DNA from: a virus | Virus record (IMG/VR): IMGVR_UViG_3300033143_001219 | Coordinates: 1-64,000 of that record | Length of the DNA stretch: 64,000 bases | Reading direction: 5' to 3' (one strand) | In this document: piece after piece, positions 1 through 6,855 of the stretch | Numbering within the stretch: position 1 is the first letter of the stretch | Layout: each line of letters starts with the position of its first letter | Notes under the pieces: generated by a model | Seen by the model: only the letters and a program-made list of their open reading frames with translations | Told to the model about the DNA's origin: nothing | Databases searched by the model: none | Program-made: the position numbers and the translations under genes

Positions 1-31
1 TAATCTGGTTCGATTCCAGTTATAATCACCA
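1..31 (+). tRNA. 3' end of a tRNA truncated by the window edge
   Basis: T-arm CTGG-TTCGATT-CCAG followed by acceptor strand and CCA. Confidence 0.75.
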
Positions 32-37
32 AACAAT

Positions 38-113
38 GGTTAGTAAGCTTAGATGGTCGAAGCGTCTGCCTCTAAAACAGAATAGCTGGGCTCGTTTCCC
101 AGACTAACCACCA
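38..113 (+). tRNA. tRNA with CUA anticodon (amber suppressor-type)
   Basis: Acceptor GGTTAGT/ACTAACC+A+CCA; D-stem GCTT/AAGC; anticodon arm TCTGC-CTCTAAA-ACAGA (CTA at 72-74); T-stem CTGGG/CCCAG with atypical loop CTCGTTT. Confidence 0.8.
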
Positions 114-134
114 TTTTAAAGGAGAATATAGGAA

Positions 135-218
135 ATGAAAAGAACATAGACTCATGATCCACCTTGGGATATTGTGCTAATAATAAACTATTATATCAAT
201 ATAAACAAGGAGAATTAA
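135..218 (+). CDS. Putative leader peptide with in-frame amber: MKRT(UAG)THDPPWDIVLIINYYININKEN
   Basis: GGAG/AGGA SD upstream, ATG at 135, TAG at 147-149, frame open to TAA 216-218, 1 nt before ATG 220; not in ORF track. Confidence 0.55.
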
Positions 219-219
219 A

Positions 220-537
220 ATGAAAACTGAAGAAGAAAAGAAAGAATATAAAGAAATTAAGCGTGCTTGGGCACGTTCAGTAAATAATGAAGAATACAAG
301 CCATATAAAGACGAATATGGTACAAAATATGAGGGAAAACTTAATGCTTTGCACTTTTTAGTGTATAACATTGTAAGAGGATTTCCTCAATCACGCGGAT
401 TTGAACCTTTGGGACAAGGATATGAGAAGGCGGTAGCGGACTTAAACATGCTTATAAAGTTTGAGAGGGAAGCGAAGCTCTTATTTCCATTTGATAACCT
501 GATAACCTTAGAAACATTTAAGGAGTTAGTAAAATGA
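220..537 (+). CDS. Hypothetical protein (HFLVYNIVRG motif), coupled to Pth2-like gene
   Basis: AAGGAG SD, ATGA overlap with next gene. Confidence 0.8.
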   Translation: MKTEEEKKEYKEIKRAWARSVNNEEYKPYKDEYGTKYEGKLNALHFLVYNIVRGFPQSRGFEPLGQGYEKAVADLNMLIKFEREAKLLFPFDNLITLETFKELVK

Positions 538-845
538 CCCCTTACATGTATATAGTTGTTAGAACCGATCTAAGAAAGGAATTCCAATTAGTTCAAGCCT
601 GTCATGCGGCCATAGAGTCTGCATTCACGTTTGATAGACCAGATGATATCATACATTTAGTAGTGTTACAAGTAGCTAATAAACAGGAACTTGCAGAAGT
701 TGCCCTCCAACTATATAATGAAGGAAAACCTTACGAGGAGTTCTTTGAGAGCTGGGGTAACTTACAAAATACTGCATTAGCAACTAAACCAATTACTAAA
801 CAAAAGGAGGGAGTGCTTTCTAAGTTATCCCTCCTTACTTATTAA
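534..845 (+). CDS. Peptidyl-tRNA hydrolase (Pth2-like) protein
   Basis: MYIVVRTDL...QACHAA motif, ~100 aa, typical of the PTH2 fold. Confidence 0.7.
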   Translation: MTPYMYIVVRTDLRKEFQLVQACHAAIESAFTFDRPDDIIHLVVLQVANKQELAEVALQLYNEGKPYEEFFESWGNLQNTALATKPITKQKEGVLSKLSLLTY

Positions 846-846
846 T

Positions 847-920
847 ATACCCGTAGTTCAATGGTAGATCACACGGCTTTCAACCGTCAGATGCGGGTTC
901 AACTCCCGTCGGGTATACCA
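847..920 (+). tRNA. tRNA-Glu(TTC)
   Basis: Cloverleaf, loop CTTTCAA, CCA encoded. Confidence 0.9.
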
Positions 921-1048
921 GTATTTCCCACCTACCAATGAGTAGAAAGGGGTATCCGCATTATCCGGACTATAATAGATGACCATAAAGGCCGTACTTG
1001 CCCGTCTGACGAAATGTACATCAGCCTCGATTGAACTCGGGGTTTTTT

Positions 1049-1124
1049 AGCTCCGTGGTGAAGTGGCAAACACATCTGGTTTTGATCCAGACATTCGTAG
1101 GTTCGAGTCCTACCGGAGCCGCCA
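1049..1124 (+). tRNA. tRNA-Gln(TTG)
   Basis: TCTGG-TTTTGAT-CCAGA arm, GTTCGAG T-loop, CCA. Confidence 0.9.
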
Positions 1125-1132
1125 AACAATAT

Positions 1133-1205
1133 GCCCCGGCCAGCGGAAGGGATCTAGGCTACGAACCTAGTTAATTTGTGAGTTCGACTCTCACTCGGGG
1201 TTCCA
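1133..1205 (+). tRNA. tRNA-Arg(ACG), reduced D-arm
   Basis: CTAGG-CTACGAA-CCTAG arm, T-arm, CCA. Confidence 0.85.
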
Positions 1206-1211
1206 AATAAT

Positions 1212-1298
1212 GGTAGATGCCGGCCAGTGGAGGCCGCCCAGTCTTGAAAACTGGTGGTGACCGTGAGGTTAGGGGTTCAACTCCTCCATCTACTTCCA
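1212..1298 (+). tRNA. tRNA-Ser(TGA)
   Basis: CCAGT-CTTGAAA-ACTGG, long variable arm, CCA. Confidence 0.9.
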
Positions 1299-1306
1299 AA
1301 CATAAT

Positions 1307-1381
1307 GGTGACGTAGCTAACAGGTAAAGCAATATCTTCATAAGGTACGAAATAAGGGTTCAATTCCCTTCGTCACTACCA
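1307..1381 (+). tRNA. tRNA with CAT anticodon (Met or Ile2)
   Basis: Loop TTCATAA, acceptor GGTGACG/CGTCACT, CCA. Confidence 0.85.
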
Positions 1382-1396
1382 AATATAGGAAACAAT

Positions 1397-1570
1397 ATGA
1401 TATGTCCAGTATGTGACATGGGGGTATTAGAGCCTTTTACGGATGAAAAAGGTTTACGATATAATATATGTGATGCTTGTGGTAGTGAAATAGCAACACC
1501 ACATGACTTACGATATAATAAAGCTAAATTTTTAGCTAAGAGGGATAAAGATGGAAACAAGAAATGGTAA
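1397..1570 (+). CDS. 57-aa zinc-ribbon protein resembling the MqsA/YgiT antitoxin N-terminal domain
   Basis: Hand-translated MICPVCDMG...YNICDACGSEIATPHDLRYNKAKF; AGGA SD; below ORF-track cutoff. Confidence 0.7.
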   Translation: MICPVCDMGVLEPFTDEKGLRYNICDACGSEIATPHDLRYNKAKFLAKRDKDGNKKW

Positions 1571-1778
1571 TGGTGACGTACTTAGTAATGAAGTATTTGA
1601 AGAGAAGAAAGAAATAACAGAAGCTTTTGAAAAAGCTATGGATAATGTAGAAGTTAAAACAATTAAAATTACTAAAGATATTCCTATGACCGAAGAGCGT
1701 AGAAGAACAGTAGAAAAGAAACTTAGACGTACATTATTAAAAGCCGCTGAACTAGAGCGAGAAATAAAAGAAGGATAA
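1551..1778 (+). CDS. Hypothetical protein
   Basis: ORF with GAGG SD. Confidence 0.7.
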   Translation: METRNGNGDVLSNEVFEEKKEITEAFEKAMDNVEVKTIKITKDIPMTEERRRTVEKKLRRTLLKAAELEREIKEG

Positions 1779-1780
1779 TT

Positions 1781-1869
1781 GGAAGGTTGGCAGAACGGTA
1801 ATGCAGTAGTTTGCTAAACTATACAACCTGAGAATGGTTGAGTGGGTTCGACTCCCACACTTTCCACCA
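1781..1869 (+). tRNA. tRNA-Ser(GCT)
   Basis: GTAGT-TTGCTAA-ACTAT, long variable arm, CCA. Confidence 0.9.
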
Positions 1870-1875
1870 AATACT

Positions 1876-2139
1876 ATGATTAAAACATTAAAAGATAACT
1901 TAGGTGCAACAATGAATTTAGTGGGTTTAATTACAGCATCTTTTGCTGTACTAATATACTTACAAGCAAACTTTGTACAAGCAGCAGACTTTAAAGATTT
2001 TAAAGTACAAGACTGGGAAGACCAAATTTATAAGTTAGCAATCAAAGAAAACAGATTAGCTGAAGAGGGTAAAGTTCTGAAACCAGAAGAAAAAGCCTAC
2101 TTGGAAATGCTTAAGGCTAGATTAGCTAAAGAAAAATAA
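1876..2139 (+). CDS. Small membrane protein
   Basis: Start moved to ATG after the tRNA; one hydrophobic helix. Confidence 0.65.
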   Translation: MIKTLKDNLGATMNLVGLITASFAVLIYLQANFVQAADFKDFKVQDWEDQIYKLAIKENRLAEEGKVLKPEEKAYLEMLKARLAKEK

Positions 2140-2142
2140 TAG

Positions 2143-2171
2143 TTGACATAGAGGTTATATTTTAGTATAAT
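2143..2171 (+). promoter_or_regulatory. Sigma70 promoter
   Basis: TTGACA-17-TATAAT with A-rich UP element. Confidence 0.85.
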
Positions 2172-2177
2172 ATGTTT

Positions 2178-2402
2178 ATGAAATCAGAAAAGCCAAAAAT
2201 TACAGAAATGTTTGATAAACTACCTAAAGTAATATCAAGCTGTAAGACAGAAATGCAATTAGCATATGCACAAAGATATGCACACTTAGCCTATAGACTA
2301 TATATAGATTCTAGAGTTCTGCGTATACTTGGTGATCAGTTACTAAGTAACAAAAGAGAAAAATTAATTAATGCTCCGGTGGTGGAACGGCATACACGCT
2401 AG
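2178..2402 (+). CDS. Hypothetical protein (possibly leaderless; 3' end overlaps tRNA-Leu)
   Basis: ATG 7 nt after -10 box. Confidence 0.6.
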   Translation: MKSEKPKITEMFDKLPKVISSCKTEMQLAYAQRYAHLAYRLYIDSRVLRILGDQLLSNKREKLINAPVVERHTR

Positions 2403-2458
2403 GTTTAGGTTCTAGTGCCTTAATCGGTATGAGGGTTCGAGTCCCTCTCGGAGTACCA
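2373..2458 (+). tRNA. tRNA-Leu(TAG)
   Basis: CTAGG-TTTAGGT-TCTAG, long variable arm, CCA. Confidence 0.9.
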
Positions 2459-2463
2459 AATTT

Positions 2464-2538
2464 GGGGACGTGGTGATAACGGGAACACGCCGCGCTTGCA
2501 ACGCGGAAATGAGGGTTCGATTCCCTCTGTCTCCACCA
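2464..2538 (+). tRNA. tRNA-Ala(TGC)
   Basis: CCGCG-CTTGCAA-CGCGG, G3:U70, CCA. Confidence 0.92.
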
Positions 2539-2673
2539 AATTAAAGATGCTAGACGATAACCCGCTACAGTCTGTGTGAGGCAGACCATCAATTTGATAT
2601 GTATTTAAATATAAAAATTCGTGCATGGCTAAAGAGCCCTAATGTTTTTAAGTACATATCAAATTTTAACAAT

Positions 2674-2748
2674 GCTGGGTAGGCCGATTGGCGAGGCGTT
2701 AGTTTTACATACTAATAGTATACGGTTCGATTCCGTGACCCAGTACCA
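2674..2748 (+). tRNA. tRNA-Val(TAC)
   Basis: TTAGT-TTTACAT-ACTAA, CCA. Confidence 0.88.
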
Positions 2749-2766
2749 ACTTATAGGAATAGAACA

Positions 2767-3579
2767 ATGTTTATCAGAGCAGTATCAGACCTACACCTAG
2801 AATTTAGCTATGGTGATGTGCGTTTGAATGAATTACCTACAGATAAAGATACAGTTCTTATTCTAGCAGGTGATATTGGCATAGCCAGTAAGCCACATAC
2901 TTATTTGAAGTTTTTTGAAGATAAAGCTAATCGCTTTCGCGATGTTATTTATATCTTGGGAAACCATGAGCATTACAAAGGTAGTTTTACTAAGTCTAAA
3001 AATAGAATTAAAGATACTCTAGCAGAATTCGTAAATGTTTCCGTTATTGAGAAAGAAACTATTGTTATAGATGGTGTAGCTTTTGTAGGTGCAACCTTAT
3101 GGACAGATATGAATCATCATGACTGCTTATGTATGAATAATTCTCAACTAATGATGAGTGATTATAGTAGTATCCGATTCGGACCTACTGCTGAGCCTTG
3201 GAAGTTTAATCTTAAGCCAGTTAATACGGTAGAAGACCATATTAATGCAAAGCATTATATCTTTAAAGAAATTAAAAAGCAAAAGGATGTGGGAAACAAA
3301 GTAGTAGTTATTAGTCATCATTTGCCAAGTTACTTATCTTTAGCACAGGAGTTCAAAGGTGATACATCAGGAGGTTCATTAAATGGCGCATACGCTTCAG
3401 AGTTATTTGAAGATATTATGGATACGCAGCCTAATATTTGGATTCATGGTCATACCCATAGCTCTTTTGATTATAAGATTGGTGATACAAACGTTATTTG
3501 CAATCCAAGAGGATACTTCACATTAGGTGGAAACTACTTAAACTTAGATTTTAATGAGGAGTTATTATTAAATGTGTAA
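2767..3579 (+). CDS. Calcineurin-like metallophosphoesterase
   Basis: DLH, AGD, GNHE, HH, HGHTH motifs. Confidence 0.9.
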   Translation: MFIRAVSDLHLEFSYGDVRLNELPTDKDTVLILAGDIGIASKPHTYLKFFEDKANRFRDVIYILGNHEHYKGSFTKSKNRIKDTLAEFVNVSVIEKETIVIDGVAFVGATLWTDMNHHDCLCMNNSQLMMSDYSSIRFGPTAEPWKFNLKPVNTVEDHINAKHYIFKEIKKQKDVGNKVVVISHHLPSYLSLAQEFKGDTSGGSLNGAYASELFEDIMDTQPNIWIHGHTHSSFDYKIGDTNVICNPRGYFTLGGNYLNLDFNEELLLNV

Positions 3580-3739
3580 ACTATTATATATTGTAAAATT
3601 TTGTACTAAAAGTCAGGTTTATGATAATAAACCTGACAGGCACTTTTATAATGAAAAGAAAGCTTATAGTTTAGTAGATGAATATAGAACTAATGATTAT
3701 CATTGGGCTACACTACATACAATTCAACCTGAGGAATAA
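3572..3739 (+). CDS. Small hypothetical protein (55 aa)
   Basis: GAGGAG SD, hand-translated MCKLLYIVKF... Confidence 0.55.
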   Translation: MCKLLYIVKFCTKSQVYDNKPDRHFYNEKKAYSLVDEYRTNDYHWATLHTIQPEE

Positions 3740-3741
3740 CA

Positions 3742-3888
3742 ATGAAAAATGAACGAAAAGATTATATGAGCAGAGCACAGAAAGATGCAATGGGTAACTT
3801 ACCAAGAACTCATGCCAACTGTAAGTTAAAAACTAAAGTAATGAGACCGGGCAAGACAGCTAAAGATAGAGCCTTATCGGGTCATTAA
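3742..3888 (+). CDS. Small basic hypothetical protein (48 aa)
   Basis: GAGG SD, MKNERKDY... Confidence 0.6.
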   Translation: MKNERKDYMSRAQKDAMGNLPRTHANCKLKTKVMRPGKTAKDRALSGH

Positions 3889-3896
3889 AGAACAAT

Positions 3897-3986
3897 AGCA
3901 AGGTCGAGAAGTCAGGTCATCTCATGGGGCTCATAACCCTATACGCTCTCGCGAGTTCGCAGGTTCGAATCCTGCCTTTGCTTCCA
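3897..3986 (+). tRNA. tRNA(CAT), initiator-like anticodon stem with long variable arm
   Basis: GGG-CTCATAA-CCC; variable hairpin CTC-TCGC-GAG; CCA. Confidence 0.85.
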
Positions 3987-3992
3987 AACAAT

Positions 3993-4068
3993 TCCTCGGT
4001 GGCTGATTAGGTAAAGCAGCAGACTGTTAATCTGTGACATGAAGGTTCGAGTCCTTCGCGGGGAGCCA
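3993..4068 (+). tRNA. tRNA-Asn(GTT)
   Basis: GCAGA-CTGTTAA-TCTGT, CCA. Confidence 0.9.
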
Positions 4069-4074
4069 AACAAT

Positions 4075-4145
4075 ATCGGTGATGCTGGGACTGGCAGAGG
4101 TCTCCAAAACCTTAGTAGGGGGTTCGATTCCCTCCACCGGTGCCA
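4075..4145 (+). tRNA. tRNA-Trp(CCA), reduced D-arm
   Basis: AGGT-CTCCAAA-ACCT, CCA. Confidence 0.85.
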
Positions 4146-4160
4146 ACTTAAGGTAATAAA

Positions 4161-4349
4161 ATGTCAACTATTTGTCAGAAAATTGAAGATTTAAAAGGTA
4201 CTTGTAATCACTTAGATTTAGATGATTTTACAGTAGTAGAATTACAATTATTAGATGAAGAAATATTTGAATGTGAACAATGCGGCTGGTGGTGTGAACT
4301 GAACGAAATGTCAGAAGATGCTATGGTATGTACGGATTGTGTAGAATAA
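4161..4349 (+). CDS. Small acidic Cys-rich (zinc-binding) protein
   Basis: CEQC...CTDC; AAGGT SD. Confidence 0.7.
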   Translation: MSTICQKIEDLKGTCNHLDLDDFTVVELQLLDEEIFECEQCGWWCELNEMSEDAMVCTDCVE

Positions 4350-4358
4350 AAGAATAAT

Positions 4359-4435
4359 ACCTCATTAGGCTAGCTTGGTAAGTCACTCCGTTTGGGGCGG
4401 AGAGATCGCTGGTTCAAATCCAGCATGGGGTACCA
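4359..4435 (+). tRNA. tRNA-Pro(TGG)
   Basis: CTCCG-TTTGGGG-CGGAG, CCA. Confidence 0.9.
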
Positions 4436-4538
4436 AATTTCCCTCTCTATAATAAAAAATGACTGGAGAGTATAACAGGTTCAAGGTCTGGCCTACCTAT
4501 TGTTGGTAGAGCAAGTCATTTAGGAAATAAATATTAAA

Positions 4539-4613
4539 GGCATTGTGGCAGATTGGTAATGCAGTTGATTGTCTATCAACCGAATGAGGGTTCGATTCCC
4601 TTCAATGTCGCCA
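4539..4613 (+). tRNA. tRNA-Asp(GTC)
   Basis: GTTGA-TTGTCTA-TCAAC, CCA. Confidence 0.9.
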
Positions 4614-4630
4614 ATTTAAAGAGAAATAAA

Positions 4631-4768
4631 ATGACTAAGCAGGAAATAGCAGCACTAAGGAAAATATGTGAAGATTATACTACAGATATTATATCTCGTA
4701 TAGAAGCTTCTTATGATGCTGCATATAAAAAGTATAATGTACCCGTGGTCGAATGGTTAGACTGCTGA
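4631..4768 (+). CDS. Small hypothetical protein overlapping tRNA-Cys
   Basis: ATG after tRNA-Asp with GAG SD. Confidence 0.5.
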   Translation: MTKQEIAALRKICEDYTTDIISRIEASYDAAYKKYNVPVVEWLDC

Positions 4769-4813
4769 TTGCAAACCAGTAACACGCAGGTTCGAATCCT
4801 GTCGGGTATTCCA
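4739..4813 (+). tRNA. tRNA-Cys(GCA)
   Basis: Loop TTGCAAA, U73 discriminator, CCA. Confidence 0.9.
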
Positions 4814-4883
4814 ATATTAAGCCTCTCACACCACGCAAGTAGAGCGGAAATGTCAAGCTTATTTAAATAAAGGAAGTAGTAAA

Positions 4884-5408
4884 ATGATCAACGTATTTTT
4901 TATCGCTGATTTACATTTTGGGCACAAGAACATTATCGGCTTTTGCCGACCACAGTTCCAAGACCATTTTGAAATGGCAGATAAACTAATTGTAAATTGG
5001 AATAAAGTAGTAAAACCAAAAGATGTAGTATATGTATTAGGTGACGTTGCCTTCGGCAAAGATAACCTACATTACCTTTCACAAATGAATGGCAGAAAGC
5101 ACTTAGTTATGGGAAACCATGATGTATATGCTATTAAAGAATATGTACCTTACTTTGACCATATTTGGGGATGTAACAACTATAAAGGTTGTATCTTAAC
5201 TCACGTCCCAATTATTGAGAGTCAATTTTATAGGTTTAAATTAAACATTCATGGGCATGTACATTGTGCAGATGATGATGTAAAATTACGGGACGACCCA
5301 CGATACTTCAATGTATGTGCGGATAGTATTGATTTAACACCAATTAGCTGGGAAGAAATTAAAGAAAGAACAAATTTCGACTTTATACCTACACGCTCAA
5401 TTTTATAA
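4884..5408 (+). CDS. Metallophosphoesterase (phage type)
   Basis: DLHFGH, LGD, GNHD, HGHVH motifs. Confidence 0.9.
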   Translation: MINVFFIADLHFGHKNIIGFCRPQFQDHFEMADKLIVNWNKVVKPKDVVYVLGDVAFGKDNLHYLSQMNGRKHLVMGNHDVYAIKEYVPYFDHIWGCNNYKGCILTHVPIIESQFYRFKLNIHGHVHCADDDVKLRDDPRYFNVCADSIDLTPISWEEIKERTNFDFIPTRSIL

Positions 5409-5431
5409 GTATTAAAACAAAGGACTGGATT

Positions 5432-5692
5432 ATGAAAACATTAGAACAAATAGAAGTTGAAATTAAACAAACTAATGAACACTTAGAAGATGTAGCGTTT
5501 ATGGCATTTGTTAAAGATAAGCATACAGAACTAATGGCTAGAGTAGATAAAGCTACAAATGACTTGAAGTGTTTAGAAAAAACAAAAGTGCAAAAAACGT
5601 TAGCTGTATATAGAGAACAATTTGATGGTTTTTGCCCTGAGCATTGTTCAACATATAAAGAATATTATATGGATAAAGTAACAATTAAATAA
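5432..5692 (+). CDS. Hypothetical protein
   Basis: ORF with SD. Confidence 0.7.
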   Translation: MKTLEQIEVEIKQTNEHLEDVAFMAFVKDKHTELMARVDKATNDLKCLEKTKVQKTLAVYREQFDGFCPEHCSTYKEYYMDKVTIK

Positions 5693-5693
5693 T

Positions 5694-5766
5694 GTAGCGA
5701 TGGCTCAATGGTAGAGCGTCGAGTTGTGGCCTCGAAGGCAAGGGTTCGATTCCCTACGCTACCCCA
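5694..5766 (+). tRNA. tRNA-His(GTG)
   Basis: TCGAG-TTGTGGC-CTCGA, C73, CCA. Confidence 0.88.
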
Positions 5767-5772
5767 AATTAT

Positions 5773-5847
5773 AGCCTCGTAGCTTAACGGTAAAGCAATC
5801 GGCTGATAACCGATAGAGTACAAGTTCGATTCTTGTCGAGGCTACCA
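5773..5847 (+). tRNA. tRNA-Ile(GAT)
   Basis: ATCGG-CTGATAA-CCGAT, CCA. Confidence 0.92.
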
Positions 5848-5862
5848 AATAAAAGGAAGATT

Positions 5863-6075
5863 ATGTCTGAAAAGATGCAAGAATATATTATGGATATATG
5901 TGTAGCTTATGAAGAAGGTTATGCTATTGGAGAACAAAATATGAGTTCTTCCCTCAATACATACCCCGTTAGTTCAGAAAGATATTATGCATGGTACTAT
6001 GGACATACAAACTCATTAACTAATCAAATGCTACAAGACGATGATATGGAAATAGCATTTAATTTGGAAGTATAG
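5863..6075 (+). CDS. Hypothetical protein
   Basis: AAGGA SD before MSEKMQ; stop inside tRNA-Phe. Confidence 0.65.
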   Translation: MSEKMQEYIMDICVAYEEGYAIGEQNMSSSLNTYPVSSERYYAWYYGHTNSLTNQMLQDDDMEIAFNLEV

Positions 6076-6141
6076 CTCAGTAGGTAGAGCAACTGGTTGA
6101 AGCCCAGTGTGTCGTAGGTTCGATTCCTACTACTTCCACCA
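6066..6141 (+). tRNA. tRNA-Phe(GAA)
   Basis: ACTGG-TTGAAGC-CCAGT, CCA. Confidence 0.9.
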
Positions 6142-6156
6142 AATTAAAGGTAACTT

Positions 6157-6681
6157 ATGTTAAAATATTTTAATAGGTATACATTAATAGCTGCAATCAC
6201 AACCTTAAGTATGAGTTTCTTCATGCTTCCAATACAAAATCAAAAGAAAATTATAGTAGCAAAACCAAAGCCTATCTCAATTCCATTAGAAATGGAGTTG
6301 AAGTGCTTAGCTGATAATATATATCATGAGGCTAGGAATGAGTCTATAAAAGGTCAAGTAGCTGTAGCATTAGTAACTATAAATAGGGTAAACTCTCAGT
6401 ATTACCCAAATACAATTTGTGAAGTAGTTTGGGAATACAAACAGTTTTCGTGGACATTAGATAAAGTATTGGCTAAAACTAAGTATAATAAAAGAGCCTA
6501 TGATAAAGCAGAGTTAATTGCATTAGTTTTTATAACTAAAACAATGGCTAATGAAGAAATTAGAGATTTTACTAATAACTCCACTCATTATCATGCTAAC
6601 TATGTAAGTCCTTATTGGGCTAGTAACTTAAAGTATATAATGAAAATAGACAACCACATATTTTATAAATTCAAAAAATAA
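6157..6681 (+). CDS. Cell wall hydrolase, SleB/Hydrolase_2 family
   Basis: CLADNIYHEARNE, VTINRV, QFSW, THYHA, IDNHIFY; N-terminal anchor. Confidence 0.9.
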   Translation: MLKYFNRYTLIAAITTLSMSFFMLPIQNQKKIIVAKPKPISIPLEMELKCLADNIYHEARNESIKGQVAVALVTINRVNSQYYPNTICEVVWEYKQFSWTLDKVLAKTKYNKRAYDKAELIALVFITKTMANEEIRDFTNNSTHYHANYVSPYWASNLKYIMKIDNHIFYKFKK

Positions 6682-6684
6682 TAG

Positions 6685-6713
6685 TTGACTTCGCAACTAT
6701 AATTTGATATAAT
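6685..6713 (+). promoter_or_regulatory. Sigma70 promoter
   Basis: TTGACT-17-TATAAT preceded by AAAAATAATAG as at 2143. Confidence 0.8.
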
Positions 6714-6738
6714 ATGTTTTAGAAATTGGAGATACTAT

Positions 6739-6855
6739 ATGAAATATTTATTAACTGCTCCATTTTGGATTCCACTATCTATATTATTTCTTATACTATG
6801 GATTAAACTAGGAAGAGAATATATTATACAACGGGACGCTAACTCAATTGGCTAG
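6739..6855 (+). CDS. 38-aa membrane peptide
   Basis: GGAG SD; MKYLLTAPFWIPLSILFLILW; ends inside tRNA-Lys. Confidence 0.5.
   Translation: MKYLLTAPFWIPLSILFLILWIKLGREYIIQRDANSIG

Noticed and set aside
921-1048. Theta/HDV-like or hammerhead ribozyme after tRNA-Glu
   Set aside because: A weak P1 with G:U is possible, but I could not find P1.1 GG, L3 or J4/2, and CTGACGA lacks the second hammerhead core. Kept only as a generic structured RNA.
932-2626. Minus-strand ORFs 932-1129, 1360-1560, 2368-2592, 2420-2626
   Set aside because: Antisense shadows of tRNA genes or of real + strand ORFs.
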